From NCBI GenBank assembly GCA_002269645.1, contig NIVC01000507.1:248001-312000 (forward strand): a stretch of DNA of 64,000 nt, read 5' to 3'. A program made the position numbers and the translations under genes. Of the stretch, positions 12,689 through 41,375 are shown piece after piece (position 1 is the stretch's first letter; the number at the start of each line of letters is the position of its first letter). The notes beneath the pieces are model-generated. The model made no database searches. It was not told the origin of the DNA and worked only from the letters and a program-made list of their open reading frames with translations. Source of the DNA: Macrostomum lignano (Eukaryota).

Positions 12689-13249
12689 GTTGTCGAACCG
12701 GAGTTTGTCCGCTCCGAGCTGCTGCCAATGTTCAAGCAGCTGATGGCGGACGAGCAGGACTCAGTGCGCCTCCTGGCTGTGGAGAGCGCCGTGATCCTGG
12801 CCCGCCTGCTGGGCCCTGAGGACACGGACAAGCTGATGATGAAATCGCTTCGTTCGGCTGTAGACGACAAGTCCTGGCGAGTTCGCTACATGGTGGCAGA
12901 CAAGCTGACTGAACTGCAGTCGGCTCTGGGCGCGGAGCTGACTCAGCGCTACCTGGTCGAAGCGTTCCAAGCCCTACTGAAAGATCCCGAAGCCGAGGTT
13001 CGCGCCGTGTCGGCCAGTAAAGTGCGCGACTTCTGCGTCAACTTGGAGGCTAGCGAAGCCGAGCGGACCAATATCGCATTGAACAGCATCCTGCCGGCTG
13101 TCAAGGACCTCGCCGGCGATGCCAATCAGCACGTGAAATCCGCTCTGGCCTCCGTTGTCATGGGACTGTCTCCGTTGCTAGGGAAGGAGCACACTGTTGA
13201 ACAGCTGCTGCCGTTGTTTCTTACTCAGCTTAAAGACGAATGCCCGGAG
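12689..13249 (+). CDS. PPP2R1A: PP2A-A exon 2
   Basis: GCGCAG|GTT acceptor; [35 protein letters not shown] motifs; donor GAG|GTGAGG. Confidence 0.97.
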
Positions 13250-13279
13250 GTGAGGTCTCGAGCAATCCTGAGAAATTCT

Positions 13280-14275
13280 TGAAATCCCAACTGATTCCCA
13301 AAATCCCAAATCTGATTTTCGAAATCCCAAATCTGATTCTTGAAATCCCAAATCTGATTCTTGAAATCCCAAATCTGATCCTCGATTTCCCAAATCTGAT
13401 TCTTGAAATCCCAAATCTGATTCTTAAAATCCCAAATCTGATTCTTAAAATCCCAAATCTGATTCTTAAAATCCCAAATCTGATTCTTAAAATCCCAAAT
13501 CTGATTCTTAAAATCCCAAATCTGATTCTTAAAATCCCAAATCTGATTCTTAAAATCCCAAATCTGATTCTTAAAATCCCAAATCTGATTCTTAAAATCC
13601 CAAACCTGATTCTTGAAGTCCCAAATCTGATTTTTCAAATCCCAAATCTGATTCTCGATTTCCCAAATCTGATTCTTAAAATCCCAAATCTGATTCTTGA
13701 AATCCCAAATCTGATTCTTAAAATCCCAAATCTGATTCTTAAAATCCCAAATCTGATTCTTAAAATCCCAAATCTGATTCTTAAAATCCCAAATCTGATT
13801 TTTCAAATCCCAAATCTGATTCTCGATTTCCCAAATCTGATTCTTAAAATCCCAAATCTGATTCTTAAAATCCCAAATCTGATTCTTAAAATCCCAAATC
13901 TGATTCTTAAAATCCCAAATCTGATTCTTAAAATCCCAAATCTGATTCTTAAAATCCCAAACCTGATTCTTGAAGTCCCAAATCTGATTTTTCAAATCCC
14001 AAATCTGATTCTCGATTTCCCAAATCTGATTCTTAAAATCCCAAATCTGATTCTTGAAATCCCAAATCTGATTCTTAAAATCCCAAATCTGATTCTTAAA
14101 ATCCCAAATCTGATTCTTAAAATCCCAAATCTGATTCTTAAAATCCCAAATCTGATTTTTCAAATCCCAAATCTGATTCTCGATTTCCCAAATCTGATTC
14201 TTAAAATCCCAAATCTGATTCTTGAAATCCCAAATCTGATTCTTAAAATCCCAAATCTGATTCTTAAAATCCTTG
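13280..14275. repeat. Minisatellite in PP2A-A intron 2, 21 bp AAATCCCAAATCTGATTCTTA, with a 357 bp higher-order repeat
   Basis: Variant GAAGTC ends at 13620 and 13977 (17 x 21 bp apart). Confidence 0.95.
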
Positions 14276-14324
14276 AAATCATTAAAATCCCATCATCAAT
14301 CCTTGAAAGCCCATCATGAATTGT

Positions 14325-14650
14325 TGAAACCCCATCATCAGTCCAGACAATCCCATCATCAGTCCTGACAATCCCATCATCAGTCCTTACAATCCCATCA
14401 TCAGTCCTGACAATCCCATCATCAGTCCTGACAATCCCATCATCAGTCCTTAACAATCCCGTCATCAGTCCTTAACAATCCCATCATCAGTCCTGACAAT
14501 CCCATCATCAGTCCTGACAATCCCATCATCAGTCCTGACAATCCCATCATCAGTCCTGACAATCCCATCATCAGTCCTGACAATCCCATCATCAGTCCTG
14601 ACAATCCCATCATCAGTCCTGACAATCCCATCATCAGTCCTGACAATCCC
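14325..14650. repeat. Second 21 bp array in the same intron, CATCAGTCCTGACAATCCCAT
   Basis: Direct periodicity, grading into CCTGACCGCAG (branch point/acceptor). Confidence 0.95.
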
Positions 14651-14670
14651 ATTGACATTCCTGACCGCAG

Positions 14671-15306
14671 GTGCGCTTGAACATAATCTCCAACCTGGAG
14701 GCGGTGAACAGTGTCATCGGCATCAAGCAGCTGTCAATGTCGCTACTGCCAGCCATAGTAGAACTGGCTGAAGACTCGAAATGGCGGGTCCGCCTGGCCA
14801 TCATCCAGTACATGCCCCTGTTAGCCAGTCAGCTTGGCTCGCAGTTCTTCGACGAGAAGCTGAACCAGCTGTGCATGGGCTGGCTGGTTGATCACGTGTT
14901 CGCCATACGCGAGGCTGCTGTGCTGAATCTGCGCAAACTAGTGGAGGCATTCGGCTCTGATTGGGCCTTGAGCACTGTTATACCCAAGGTGGCTGAGTTG
15001 GCCGTGGACACCAACTACCTGCACAGGATGGTCTGCCTGTTCTGCGTCACCGAGCTAAACTCGGCTTGTCCGCCTGACATGGTTCGGGCTCATCTGCTGC
15101 CAATTGTGCTGAAAATGGCCTCAGACACTGTGCCCAATGTCCGGTTCAAGGTGGCCCAGACTCTGCAACAACTGGCTGCCAGCTTTGATGCCGAAGTATT
15201 CGAGCAGCAGGTGAAACCCTGTCTGGATTCCTTAGCCGGTGATGCCGACATTGATGTGCAGTTCTTTGCCTGCGAAGCTCTGGAAGCTATCAGGGAGAAG
15301 TTCTGA
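14671..15306 (+). CDS. PPP2R1A: PP2A-A exon 3 (terminal)
   Basis: [40 protein letters not shown] motifs; TGA stop; AATAAA at 15994. Confidence 0.97.
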   Translation: MRLNIISNLEAVNSVIGIKQLSMSLLPAIVELAEDSKWRVRLAIIQYMPLLASQLGSQFFDEKLNQLCMGWLVDHVFAIREAAVLNLRKLVEAFGSDWALSTVIPKVAELAVDTNYLHRMVCLFCVTELNSACPPDMVRAHLLPIVLKMASDTVPNVRFKVAQTLQQLAASFDAEVFEQQVKPCLDSLAGDADIDVQFFACEALEAIREKF

Positions 15307-16294
15307 TTGGAACTAATTTAAATTGACTCCAATTCGACTGCAAACTGAATGAGGGACTTGCCTGACTTCTCAGACTACTCTCAGCCTCTCTTTTCTGTTC
15401 TAATTAAGTTTCTTTTTGATTGCTTGCTTGTAGTTAATGAGGTTAACTTGTCGGGGTTCAAATGAAGGTCATAGACCCAATTTAATGTAGGCTTAATATT
15501 TAGATGAATTTCTATACGCGTGTTTTTTTTCTTTCACTGTCTGAAACTAAACTACTATTAGTAGCTTATGTATTAGTGTGTAATTAAATTCCTTACATTA
15601 TTTGTAATTCATATCGGTTTTTCTAGTAACTCAAATTTGTCAGCTTGGTTAAAGTGCAAGAAATCTAGTTTGTTGTTTATTAATGATTAAAATAAGTCTA
15701 TTATATGCATACATATATGTGTCTACTAGAAGTAGTATGCGTTCTATTCACTCATTTTGTGATTATTTTTTGTAACTGCTGTGTGCATGATGTTATCTAC
15801 TTTTTTCTCGTAATAAGTTCTTTATTTGAAATATTCCAATGCACAGGGAGATCCACCCGCGTTTTTAGTTTTCACCCTGCTATTCACTGTTCTTAGTCCT
15901 GTGTAGTTTGTAGTTTAGTACTTTAGCTGGTAATCCCAAATCCCACCGTGTCTCCTCTGTCCATATTATTTATTACTAATGTTTTAATTAATTAATAAAT
16001 GTCTGAGATCTGCGCAATCAATATATTTATGAATGATAATAATAAAAGAGGACAGATAATTAATAAATCTATATTATTCTGTTCGTTATGAATTGAAAGC
16101 AATTTCACTTATAATAATATTTTTTATTATTATTTGCACTTTGCAAAATATTTCTTAGCCTTACAAGCTATTTGTTGTCCATTGTGTTTTTTATTTGACC
16201 ATTTAATAACAATGACGGCACTAATTCATTTTTATCACGTGACTAACCAGTGTCAGCTGCTGTATTTCAACATTACTAAGAGCTTAGGAGACCG

Positions 16295-16600
16295 GGAATG
16301 AGAGTCTCAGGGAGATCAGGGAGATTTGGAGATGGGGTTAATGGGTGAGAGTCCAGAAGACGAGGAATTAGAGTCCTGGAGACGGGGAGGCGTGAGAATC
16401 CAGGAAACGAGATAGGGAGTCTAGGAGATGAGGGGTGAGAGTCCAGGAAACAGAAGACTGAGAGTCCAGGAGACAAGATTAAGAGTCTAGGAGATGAGGG
16501 GTGAGAGTCCAGGAAACAGAAGATTGAGAGTCTAGGAGATGAGGGGTGAGAGTCCATGCAGGAAACAGAAGATTGAGAGTCTACGAGACAGGATGAGAAT
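16295..16600. repeat. Short purine-rich ~45 bp tandem repeat (GAGAGTCCAGGAAACAGAAGATTGAGAGTCTAGGAGATGAGGGGT)
   Basis: 3-4 degenerate copies. Confidence 0.75.
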
Positions 16601-17134
16601 CCAATAAACAAACGTAAGAGTCTGGGGAGTTTGAAGTAAAAGTTCGGAAGAAAGACAGTCAAGAGTTTTGGAGTGCTGTCAAAAAAATTTCAGAGTCAAA
16701 AGAAACACTCAATACAGTAGTTTTACAAATCACTTCACCGGCAGTAGTAAGTACTGCTTATAACTAAGCTCGCATGTATAGCATGATATATTATATTGTT
16801 AGTTTTTTCTGTCCGTAACTAATGAGATGAGAACTTAATGAGAAAATGCAAATGCAAAACAATTGGATAGCATCAAGTTTCAGTAATTAAAGTAGTGCAC
16901 CTGGTAATTAGTAGTATCTAATGCTTCAAGCAAGCATATAAAATCGAAGCGAAATTTGAGCACATGTACTGTCGTATCACGCATTCCGTATCAGTTTTCG
17001 ATTAGGCCTCGAAAATTTCTGGCAACCGCAATCGGCCTCTGCGGCCAAGGATGGCTCTGATGGCCCGTGAGCTGCACCGCCTGACCTGCATGTACGGCCG
17101 GAGGGTCATGTGGTTTGATGCGTGATCCCGAGTA

Positions 17135-18005
17135 TCCAAATCCCTAAGACCTATGGCTAGTATCCCAAATCCCCGATATCCCAATTCCTAACATCCCAAT
17201 CTCGATCCTATATCCAAGTCCCCAATATTCCAATCTCTGATAGTGATATCCCAATCTCTAATATCCTTATTTCTGATATCCCAATCTCTGATATCCCAAT
17301 CTCTGATATCCCAATCTCTAATATCCTTATTTCTGATATCCTAATCTCTGATATCCCAATCTCTAATATCCTTATCTCTGATATCCTAATCGCAGATATC
17401 CTAATCTCTGATATCCCAATCTCTGATATCCTTAACTCTATTATCCCAATCTCTGATATCCCAATCTCTGATATTCCAATATCTGATAACCCAATCCCTG
17501 ATATCCTTATCTCTGATATCCTAATCTCTATTATCCCATCTCTGATATCCCAATCTCTTATATCCAAATCTCTGATATCCCAATCTCTTATATCCAAATC
17601 TCTGATATCCCAATTTCTAATATCCTTATCTCTGATATCCTAATCTCTGATATCCTTATCTCTATTATCCCATCTCTGATATCCCAATCTCTTATATCCA
17701 AATCTCTGATATCCCAATTTCTAATATCCTTATCTCTGATATCCTTATCTCTGATATCCCAATCTCTGATATCCCAATCTCAGATATCCCAAACACCGAT
17801 ATCCCAATCAACTGATATCCCAATCAACTGATATCTCAAATATTCCAATCCCAAATATCCCAATCCCAAATACCCCAATCCCAAAAATCCAAACCCAAAT
17901 ATCCTAATCCCAGATATTCCAATCCCAAATATCCCAATCCCAAATATTCCAATCCCAAATACCCCAACCCCGAATATCCCAATTCAAATATCCCAATCAA
18001 CTGAC
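17135..18005. repeat. Minisatellite, 15 bp unit CTCTGATATCCCAAT grading into ATCCCAAAT variants
   Basis: Direct periodicity. Confidence 0.92.
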
Positions 18006-18046
18006 ATCGAGTCTCCGAACTTTTCTAACAGCCCAATTCTAACCAC

Positions 18047-33644
<15,598 letters not shown>

Positions 33645-36600
33645 AGAATGGCCTCTTGATTTAACTGGGATATATCTGTGTGGGTTCAGCATTGAGCAAT
33701 CATTATATAAGTGATATATTTAAATAGACACCAGGCGTGATATGGGATACGGCAGCCCAGAAGGGCGTGGCCAAGAGAAGCGCAGCTAGGGAATTGTCGA
33801 TCAGCGCACGAAATAACCAATTAAGCCACGTCTCTCGTGCATATGCTCAAATATTTCTTGAACGAATTACATAAGTTTTCTACACACGTAAATAGTACAG
33901 AAAAAGTAGGAACCGTGGAAAAAGTCCTACTATAGACAGGATCTATAATTGGAGGTGCTATATGCAGGTACATTGCATGCGCAACTATAGATAAAGAAGC
34001 CACCTGTGGAATACTCTGTTTTCTATGTGCTATAAAAATGAGAAGACAAACATAAATTTTCTTTTTGGCTGTCTCAGATTTTCACAAAAACAGAGTCACA
34101 AACTAGAAACACAAGCTAGTTTAGTCCTAACCCTAACCAATAGCCCAGAAAAGTGTCACTTTTTCGGGATTTTTGGCTGCTTGCTCACAGGGGTCACAGC
34201 AACCTCCGAGCTAGCCATCGCCAGCTCATGCGCCTTCCACTAATCCACTTAAGACTGTGAATCTGCTTATAGGCCTGCTTCTCCACCTAAACTTTCAAAA
34301 TGTCTTCTTTTTTCTGGCAAAAAGGAAATTTGACTAAAATTTTTGCGCAGTTGCACCTGCCAGGGCCAGATTCGCGCCTCACTCTGAACACTGCCCTAGG
34401 GAATGCACAACAGAAGAAAAGTCATACTCAGCAACATTATAAATTCGCCACTCTATGCACCAGTGAGCAATTTCTCTTGGACTATTCTGAAATAAAAGAT
34501 ATGAGAAAGCTGATCAGCTTTAATCCGTTCAAAACTCGCACACCACGATCCCCCACTTCATTTCTCAACCCAAGTCTGTCGCATGGCGACGGCCAGCAAA
34601 GCTAAGTTGCGTCACTCGCAAGATTGAGCGACTTTACCTGCACTCTCAAAAGTGGCGACCACAGATAGAATCTTCTGTGATGGCGACTTTTCGATGTTGC
34701 AGAGTATATACATGATCCCAAGTATGCGTACACAAACAGAAGAGTACATGATCTCTAGAGGATATACAGGATTCTAGCAGAGTGTGTACGGTATCTGGGT
34801 ACAGATAAGTGTACAAAACAAATGTAAAAGTACACACACAATGTAGATAATTTACATGCAAAAATCACTTATGTACGAGTACCAATATTAACTGGTAACA
34901 CCTAATGAATCAATCAATATTGGTGGCTCCATATTAATCAATAATTTATGCTTATATATTGAACTGATGAGCATTAGTGCAATTGTTGCAGTTTTTAGTA
35001 AGAAATTCTATCAGATTTTTAATTGGCTTCTAAAAAAACTAATTAGCAGGTATTAAATATTTTCATTTCATATAGTAAACTAGTGTCATTTTTGTCCAAT
35101 TCCAGTACTATAGAAAGTAAAGCAACACTTGAATCAAAGGCTAGCATAAATAAAAGATTTATGACTTACAATTGGCATACCAGTATTGGTGGCATATGCA
35201 TGCAAATCAGTTAATGACAGTTTATTTTATTGAATAATCATAGTATAGCATATAATTTATTAACAATCATATGAGAATTATTGATGAATAATGAATAGAA
35301 AAATGTATGCCTTTTATATCAATAAATCAACATTCTATTGCAAATGCAAGATTATACAACCCATGAATATTAAATGCAATACCAACTAATAATTGCAAAG
35401 GTGCTAATAAAAACAATGTAAAAATCTTTGTCAATATCAACTTTAAACTTTAACTTGCATTATAAGTAGTAAGTAAAGACAACTGAACCTTATTCCACTT
35501 CTTTTTATGGAAAGATGTTGTTTCTAGATTGGCAGTCCTGAAATAAGAAAATTTTTGGTAAGAACAAGGAATAAAAAAAATGAAACCATTAAAAATTTAT
35601 TCAAATGGTGCATTTATTACAATTTTGAAACAATAAAAAACACTTTTAGCTAAATAAATAATTGTCATAATACTAGTTAAGTCCCCAATCTAAATACTAA
35701 AAATGATGCAATGTTGGTTTGTTTGATATCTCCTTTGAAACTAATGAACCAATTTTGATAAGACAAGCCTTAATACTAATATTTCTAAAATTGTTGATAA
35801 AAATTAGTTGTAAATTAAAGTTCATAATATATGTTGGAATGAAACTAGTAAGTTTATTAAGTTAAAAGTAAAAAACTTGAAGTTAAAATAAATATTTTTC
35901 CTAAATTAAAAGTATATTAATTATATATTTTAATATCCTCATACATGTCTTTATATAACTAAGTATAGGCCTAATATATAACTACGAAGCTGGGTTTTTT
36001 TTCACCAGAGACAAGGTGCGAAATCGCACCTTGTGCCAAATTTCAAGGTGCGATTTTAAGGCTCAGAGTGCAATTTCTCTTGAGTCTTGTTTCAGACAAC
36101 TGAGAATATATAGACATGTCTTATATCTATACATCTTTGTACAAAGAATGCCTTGACCTCTTGTCTGTTATCTTGTCTTCAGATCGCTGCTTTGATAAAT
36201 AGTAACATGATGAAAAATACTATAACAGACCGCACCTACTTTTTTAATTTCAGGGTGCATACGCACACTCTGCGCACAAAAAACCCTGCTACGAAGTATA
36301 AAATAAAATTAATACCTAGCCTAAAATGGAACAGGGAATACAAGAAGAAAAGACCAAGAGAACATAGATAAAAAGAAAGAACATAGGTGAAGCAATAGTT
36401 TCTATGTAAATGTAAACCTTTGAACAAAGAAAGGTAAAATAAAACTATGACAATGGCGGAAGTACACTAGTTTTTAGGTCACTGGTCAGATCGTCATATT
36501 CCATTTCGTCATATCGGATGACGAAGTGACCAGGAGCAAAGTAGCTTTGAAAAATAATATGACGAAGTGACCAAATATTTAGTTATGCTGAATTCTTCGT

Positions 36601-37052
36601 CATCAACCAATCAGTGAAATGGGGGATGACAATACTTTCAACGTAGATATGTTTTTATGGCATACATGTTTTGAAATTAGCTGCTTAGCAACATAAAAAT
36701 TACAACAAAATTGTAAAATTATTATGATTATTTCTGTATCAGTCGCATTTAATCATAACTGTGAGAATTTTAAATTTCAGCATTTAATTTTAATAGCTCA
36801 GCTCGCTCGCATGCAGTAGCCGCAACAATTGTAAGATTTGCTGCACCGGCTGCCCGAGCAATATTGCGCCGGGCCAGGCCTGCACTGCCACTCTAATGAA
36901 CTGCGTCATCGCTAACTTGCAGGTGCTTGAGCTGACCCCTCAGGCTTCAGGCTGCTGGTGCTGCTGCTTCCTGCCCCTCTCGCCTGTTCTGCAAGTGCGT
37001 GCGCGCAAGGGGCCTCTCTCTGCGTCCTACGACAGTTTTTTTGTGTTTTTTC

Positions 37053-39749
37053 TAGTGTTCCGCCGTAAGGAGGGTCCATGTACCGTAGCCGTAGCCGTAA
37101 GCAAAACTACGGCTTATTCCAATTCTCCGTATCCGTAGCCGTAGGGACCCCGAAATTACCATATTCCCGTAGTTCCCGTAGCCGTAGCCGTAGTTTTAAC
37201 AAAAAGGCTAAAAAGTAAAATATTTTGAATCAAGACGATAACCTAGTGCTTAAACAACTGCAAATTAAATTAGAAAATAAAAGAAACACTCGATTGCCTT
37301 TGTAAGATTATATTTCGTCTTTTTTCAGAGCAACAATACTTAATCGCTACTGAAAGTACTAACGCAAAAATTTTTTACATTAATAAAAATTAGAGTTTGC
37401 TAGTGTTTTATTGTACTTTTTTAGGTATATTCTATAAGTTTCTAGGTTGATAATACAGTTTACTAAACGTATATTTGTTTTACTCTACCTGTTTCTAATA
37501 TTTTTATCAATTTTTAACATTAATAATGTGGCAGGCGGGTTGCCACGTAAAATGCGAAGACTGGAATTTGGCATGTTTATTTTTTTGCATGTGCATGGTG
37601 AACCGCTGCGTTTCCCCCAAGGACTTCTAGACTAACAGGACGTAAAACTCAAAGATCGTGCAATTTTTTGGAGGCCACGATTTCCTGGAAAAAATACACT
37701 GCGAAGATAGGAAAAAATCTGTTTTTCGTCACAAAATCTGTGATTGTATTTGATCTGGGGCAGTGAAGACTACCATTCTTTTAATTTAACATGCACATGT
37801 TACTCTATTATATTTTCATATAGCTGTGTAGTGAGGTTTTCATTTTCATATTGTTTTCACTTTGTTTCATGAGCCCAAAGTTGCAGACTCACAAGTGGCA
37901 TTAGCCAAACTTTTTGTGTTGTTCTTTTTAAAATAAAGTATAAAAACATTGCAAGTAGGTACTCTTAGTCTTAAGCTATTATTGTAGGTTTAGTAACTAT
38001 ACTAATTCTTAGGCCTACTAGAACTAGACCTATCACTACACTATCTAGCCTAATAAGTAATTAAATTTAAACAATGATTTTTTATTATATATAGATTACC
38101 AATACATAGTTTCATATGGTTGGTTACCTAGGCTTGAGAAAGCTGTATTATCAGTTTTTAAGCCAAGCCTATATTTAAGACTAAGATTTAAGAAGAATAG
38201 ACTTAATCACAAAAATAGGCCCTAACCATTTTTACTAGGTATCTAAAAGAAAAAACATTGATTAGTCCTTTTATAATTTTTATTTTAAAGGCTAAAAATA
38301 TTATTATATTACAAATTTGAATAGCTTTTCTTTTCTTGAATTGGATATTTGGCTAGGCCTAATGCCACTTGTGAGTTTGCAACTTTGGGCTTATGAAATA
38401 AAGTGAAAACAATATGAAAATTAAAACTTCATTACATAGCTATATGAAAATATAATAGAGTAACATGTTGTGCATGTTAAATTAAAAGAATGGTAGTCTT
38501 CACTGCCCCGGATCAGATGCAATCACAGATTTTGTGACGAAAAACAGATTTTTTCCTATCTTCGCAGTGTATTTTTTCCAGGAAATCGTGGCCTCCAAAA
38601 AATTGCACGATCTTTGAGTTTCACATCCTGTTAGTCTAGAAGTCCTTGGTTTCCCCCTTTGGTTGGAGTGACATCACTCCCGATGTTGGTTTCTGTCTTT
38701 ACCCGCAACGTGTACTGCTTACACGAAGTTGGATATGTGCCGTAATTTTTGTTTTTTCCTATGTGTTTAAGCCGCCCCTTTTACGTGTTTTTCTCTCTCC
38801 CACTGTGCATGCCCAGCCTCTGTCCCCATTGCGTGACCAGTCACTCCCCTCTATTTAAAGCGACGAATTACATGACTGTTTCAAAAAGCCAACGCCGCCC
38901 GCCCCCTCCCTCCCCCTGCTTCTGCTTCTGCTCCTTCTACTATTTTTCTACTACCGTTTAAATTTAGTGCTACAGTTTTCTGCTAGTTTAAGCCCAGTCG
39001 AAACATTTTCGACCTTGGCCCGCGTCTCATCCGTGTAGTGTCGTGTAATAATTATTTTATTATCCAGCCTGCTCGAAATAAGTTAATCTAATAAATTCCA
39101 AAATTAACTATATTTATTCACTAATCCAAGGCCATAGTATTCTCTTAAGTCATTTGCCCGTGGGGCGTAAAATAACCAAAGTTCTCAGTCTCAAAGAAAC
39201 TCTGAGACTTATTCGTTCCGTAATACGTAAATTACGGTGGTGGCAGCAACTACCCTACTGAAAGTAACGAGTTCAGATAACCGACGCATCAATTTTCGGA
39301 GTCAGAAATCTCCGGTGTTTCACCGCTTTGAACGACCGCGCCGCTAACGACCGCTCCGCTACGATTACGACTACCCTCCCCCCGGACTTGAGAACCCGGC
39401 TGTCGGAGTAAAACAGGAGAAGAAATTTCGTTGTGTTTCGTCTGCGCGTTTTTCCGGTTTTATTCGTGCAAACTCAACGCCGGCGGCAATTCAAACGAGG
39501 AATCCGCCCCACCTCACTGGTGTCTGCAAATTCAAAAACAACCGTGCAAGAAAAGCCCTTCTCCACCCCCACCTCAATAACTATGGCTACGGGAATCTAC
39601 GGAATGTGACAGCAAATACCATATTTCCGTAGTCGTAGCCGTAAGAGCAGCTAGCTACCGTAGGCGTATCCGTAGCTGCCGTAGGCACCTATTTTACCGT
39701 ATTTGCCGTAGGATCCCGTAGCCGTAGCTACGGCTACGGCGGAACACTA
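37053..39749. mobile_element. Non-autonomous hAT-like DNA transposon
   Basis: TIR TAGTGTTCCGCCGTA / TACGGCGGAACACTA; exact 8-bp TSD GTTTTTTC on both sides; subterminal CCGTAG/CTACGG repeats. Confidence 0.88.
37618..38648. mobile_element. Fold-back/MITE-like element with ~290 bp inverted arms, nested in the hAT-like element
   Basis: Ends CAAGGACTTCTAGAC...GTCTAGAAGTCCTTG; 8-bp TSD GTTTCCCC; superfamily (P/hAT/Merlin) not resolved. Confidence 0.88.
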
Positions 39750-39866
39750 GTTTTTTCGCTGTTTTTCTCATAGACAAGAGGCTCAGAACTTCGTAGCTTC
39801 CATCTTTGATGTCGAGTGCCCCTTATAAACAAATAGCCAACAATATGTTCGTAGGCTAGGCTACGC

Positions 39867-41375
39867 TAGGGGGCGACCCAGTCCCGGGCCCGGGCCCGAA
39901 AAGTCGGGAATCCCGACCAAAATCGTGGCCCGACCCGGGCCCGGGCCCGACCCTAAAAAAGTCGGGAAATCGGGACAAGTCTTTTTTCCCTAAAGGCACT
40001 AACTGCGTGCAAATAAGAATAAAATTATTTTTATTCACAGCACAGCACAACACTCAGTTAAGCATTGCATCAGCACTCAAGACTCAAGCACTGCACGACT
40101 GCAGTAATAGTAATAGATGATATGATGTGAAGTAGCAATATCATTGATTCGTAGTAGGCTCTAAGCGTGAGCGTCTGTGACCGTGAGCGTCAGCCACAGC
40201 CAGTTTCCACTTTCCAGGAAGATCGGATTTTTTCCAGGAAGATAAAATTAAAACATAGTTGATGCAATATTGATTCCACTTTACACGCTGCAGGCTGCAG
40301 CCTAAAAGCAAAAATATGATTTTTTAAAAAGTTGATTTGTCATTTTTAAGCTTTTGTAAATAACATTTCCTATTTACGTTCCAAGAAGTACCTATTAAGG
40401 GCCAAGGCTACCATTTTTCCAAGAAGTTTGCTATCTATCAGAGTTTGTAATCGTGTTCGTATTTGTATTGTATTCGTAGGTAGTTGTAGTTGTAGACTCA
40501 GTATCGTATTCGTAATCATATTCGTTTAGGTAGGTAGGTGAGCAGGTAGGCAGGTATCAGCTAATTACTTGTATTTCCATTGTCTGTTTGCCTGTTCTGT
40601 TGAGACAGTTGAGTGTTGTGTTGTGTTGTCACTTCACTTGTGTTCTGTTCTGTTGTCTTGTCTTGTTGTCTTACTGAATACTGACTGTGTACATGGCTCT
40701 TTACATTGAAGCTATGTAAAGAAACTAAAAATTCAAATAAAAGAATCAATCAATTGATTTGGTTCTTACTTCCTTACTGCTTCCAATGCCAAGTGCCTTA
40801 CACTTAATGCTTCAGCTTTTCTTCTTTTTGCTTACTGCCACTGCCAGTGCCAGCCGCACTACCTCAGTGCCTGCTTGCCTACCTCACTGCCTGTTAAGTG
40901 TTAGTGTCACTGTCACTGGCACACACACAGTACTTGTGCCACACAGTGACATTGAATTTGAACTATTGAGTATATTGATATTTGAGTATTAAGTCTTTTA
41001 ATGTAACTCTTATCTATTCTGAAGTCTTAACTAATGTATTAAATAAAAATAATATTTATTATATATTTAATATAATATATTATATTTATATATTATTATA
41101 TATTTCATATATTTATATATTATAATATATTTAATGTTTATCATATATTTATTATACATTTAATATATTATATTAGATTTAATATATTAATATATTTATT
41201 ATATATTTAATAGTAATCCGCATATGCTAAAAGTATTAAGATTTATTATGATTTTTTTCCAATTATTGAGCTGTCTTAAAGATCTTGTCCCGAATTCCCG
41301 AGGCCCGACCCGGGCCCGAGTCCTCATTCCCGGGCCTGACCCGGGCCCGACTTTGGCCGTCCCGGTCGCCCCCTA
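39867..41375. mobile_element. Non-autonomous hAT-like element
   Basis: TIR TAGGGGGCGACC / GGTCGCCCCCTA; exact 8-bp TSD GGCTACGC; subterminal CCCGGGCCCG repeats. Confidence 0.88.

Noticed and set aside
13225-14319. 312 and 359 aa ORFs (KNQIWDF / IPNLILK repeats)
   Set aside because: 21-bp array lying inside PP2A-A intron 2, bounded by canonical phase-0 splice sites
16977-17095. Possible extra terminal GNPTAB exon beyond the 17.1-18.0 kb array
   Set aside because: A plausible acceptor exists but frame and need are undetermined; the preceding exon already has an in-frame stop at 18047
33800-36900. Short ORFs and partial inverted motifs in AT-rich DNA upstream of GNPTAB
   Set aside because: No coding signal, and no paired TIRs with a TSD could be established
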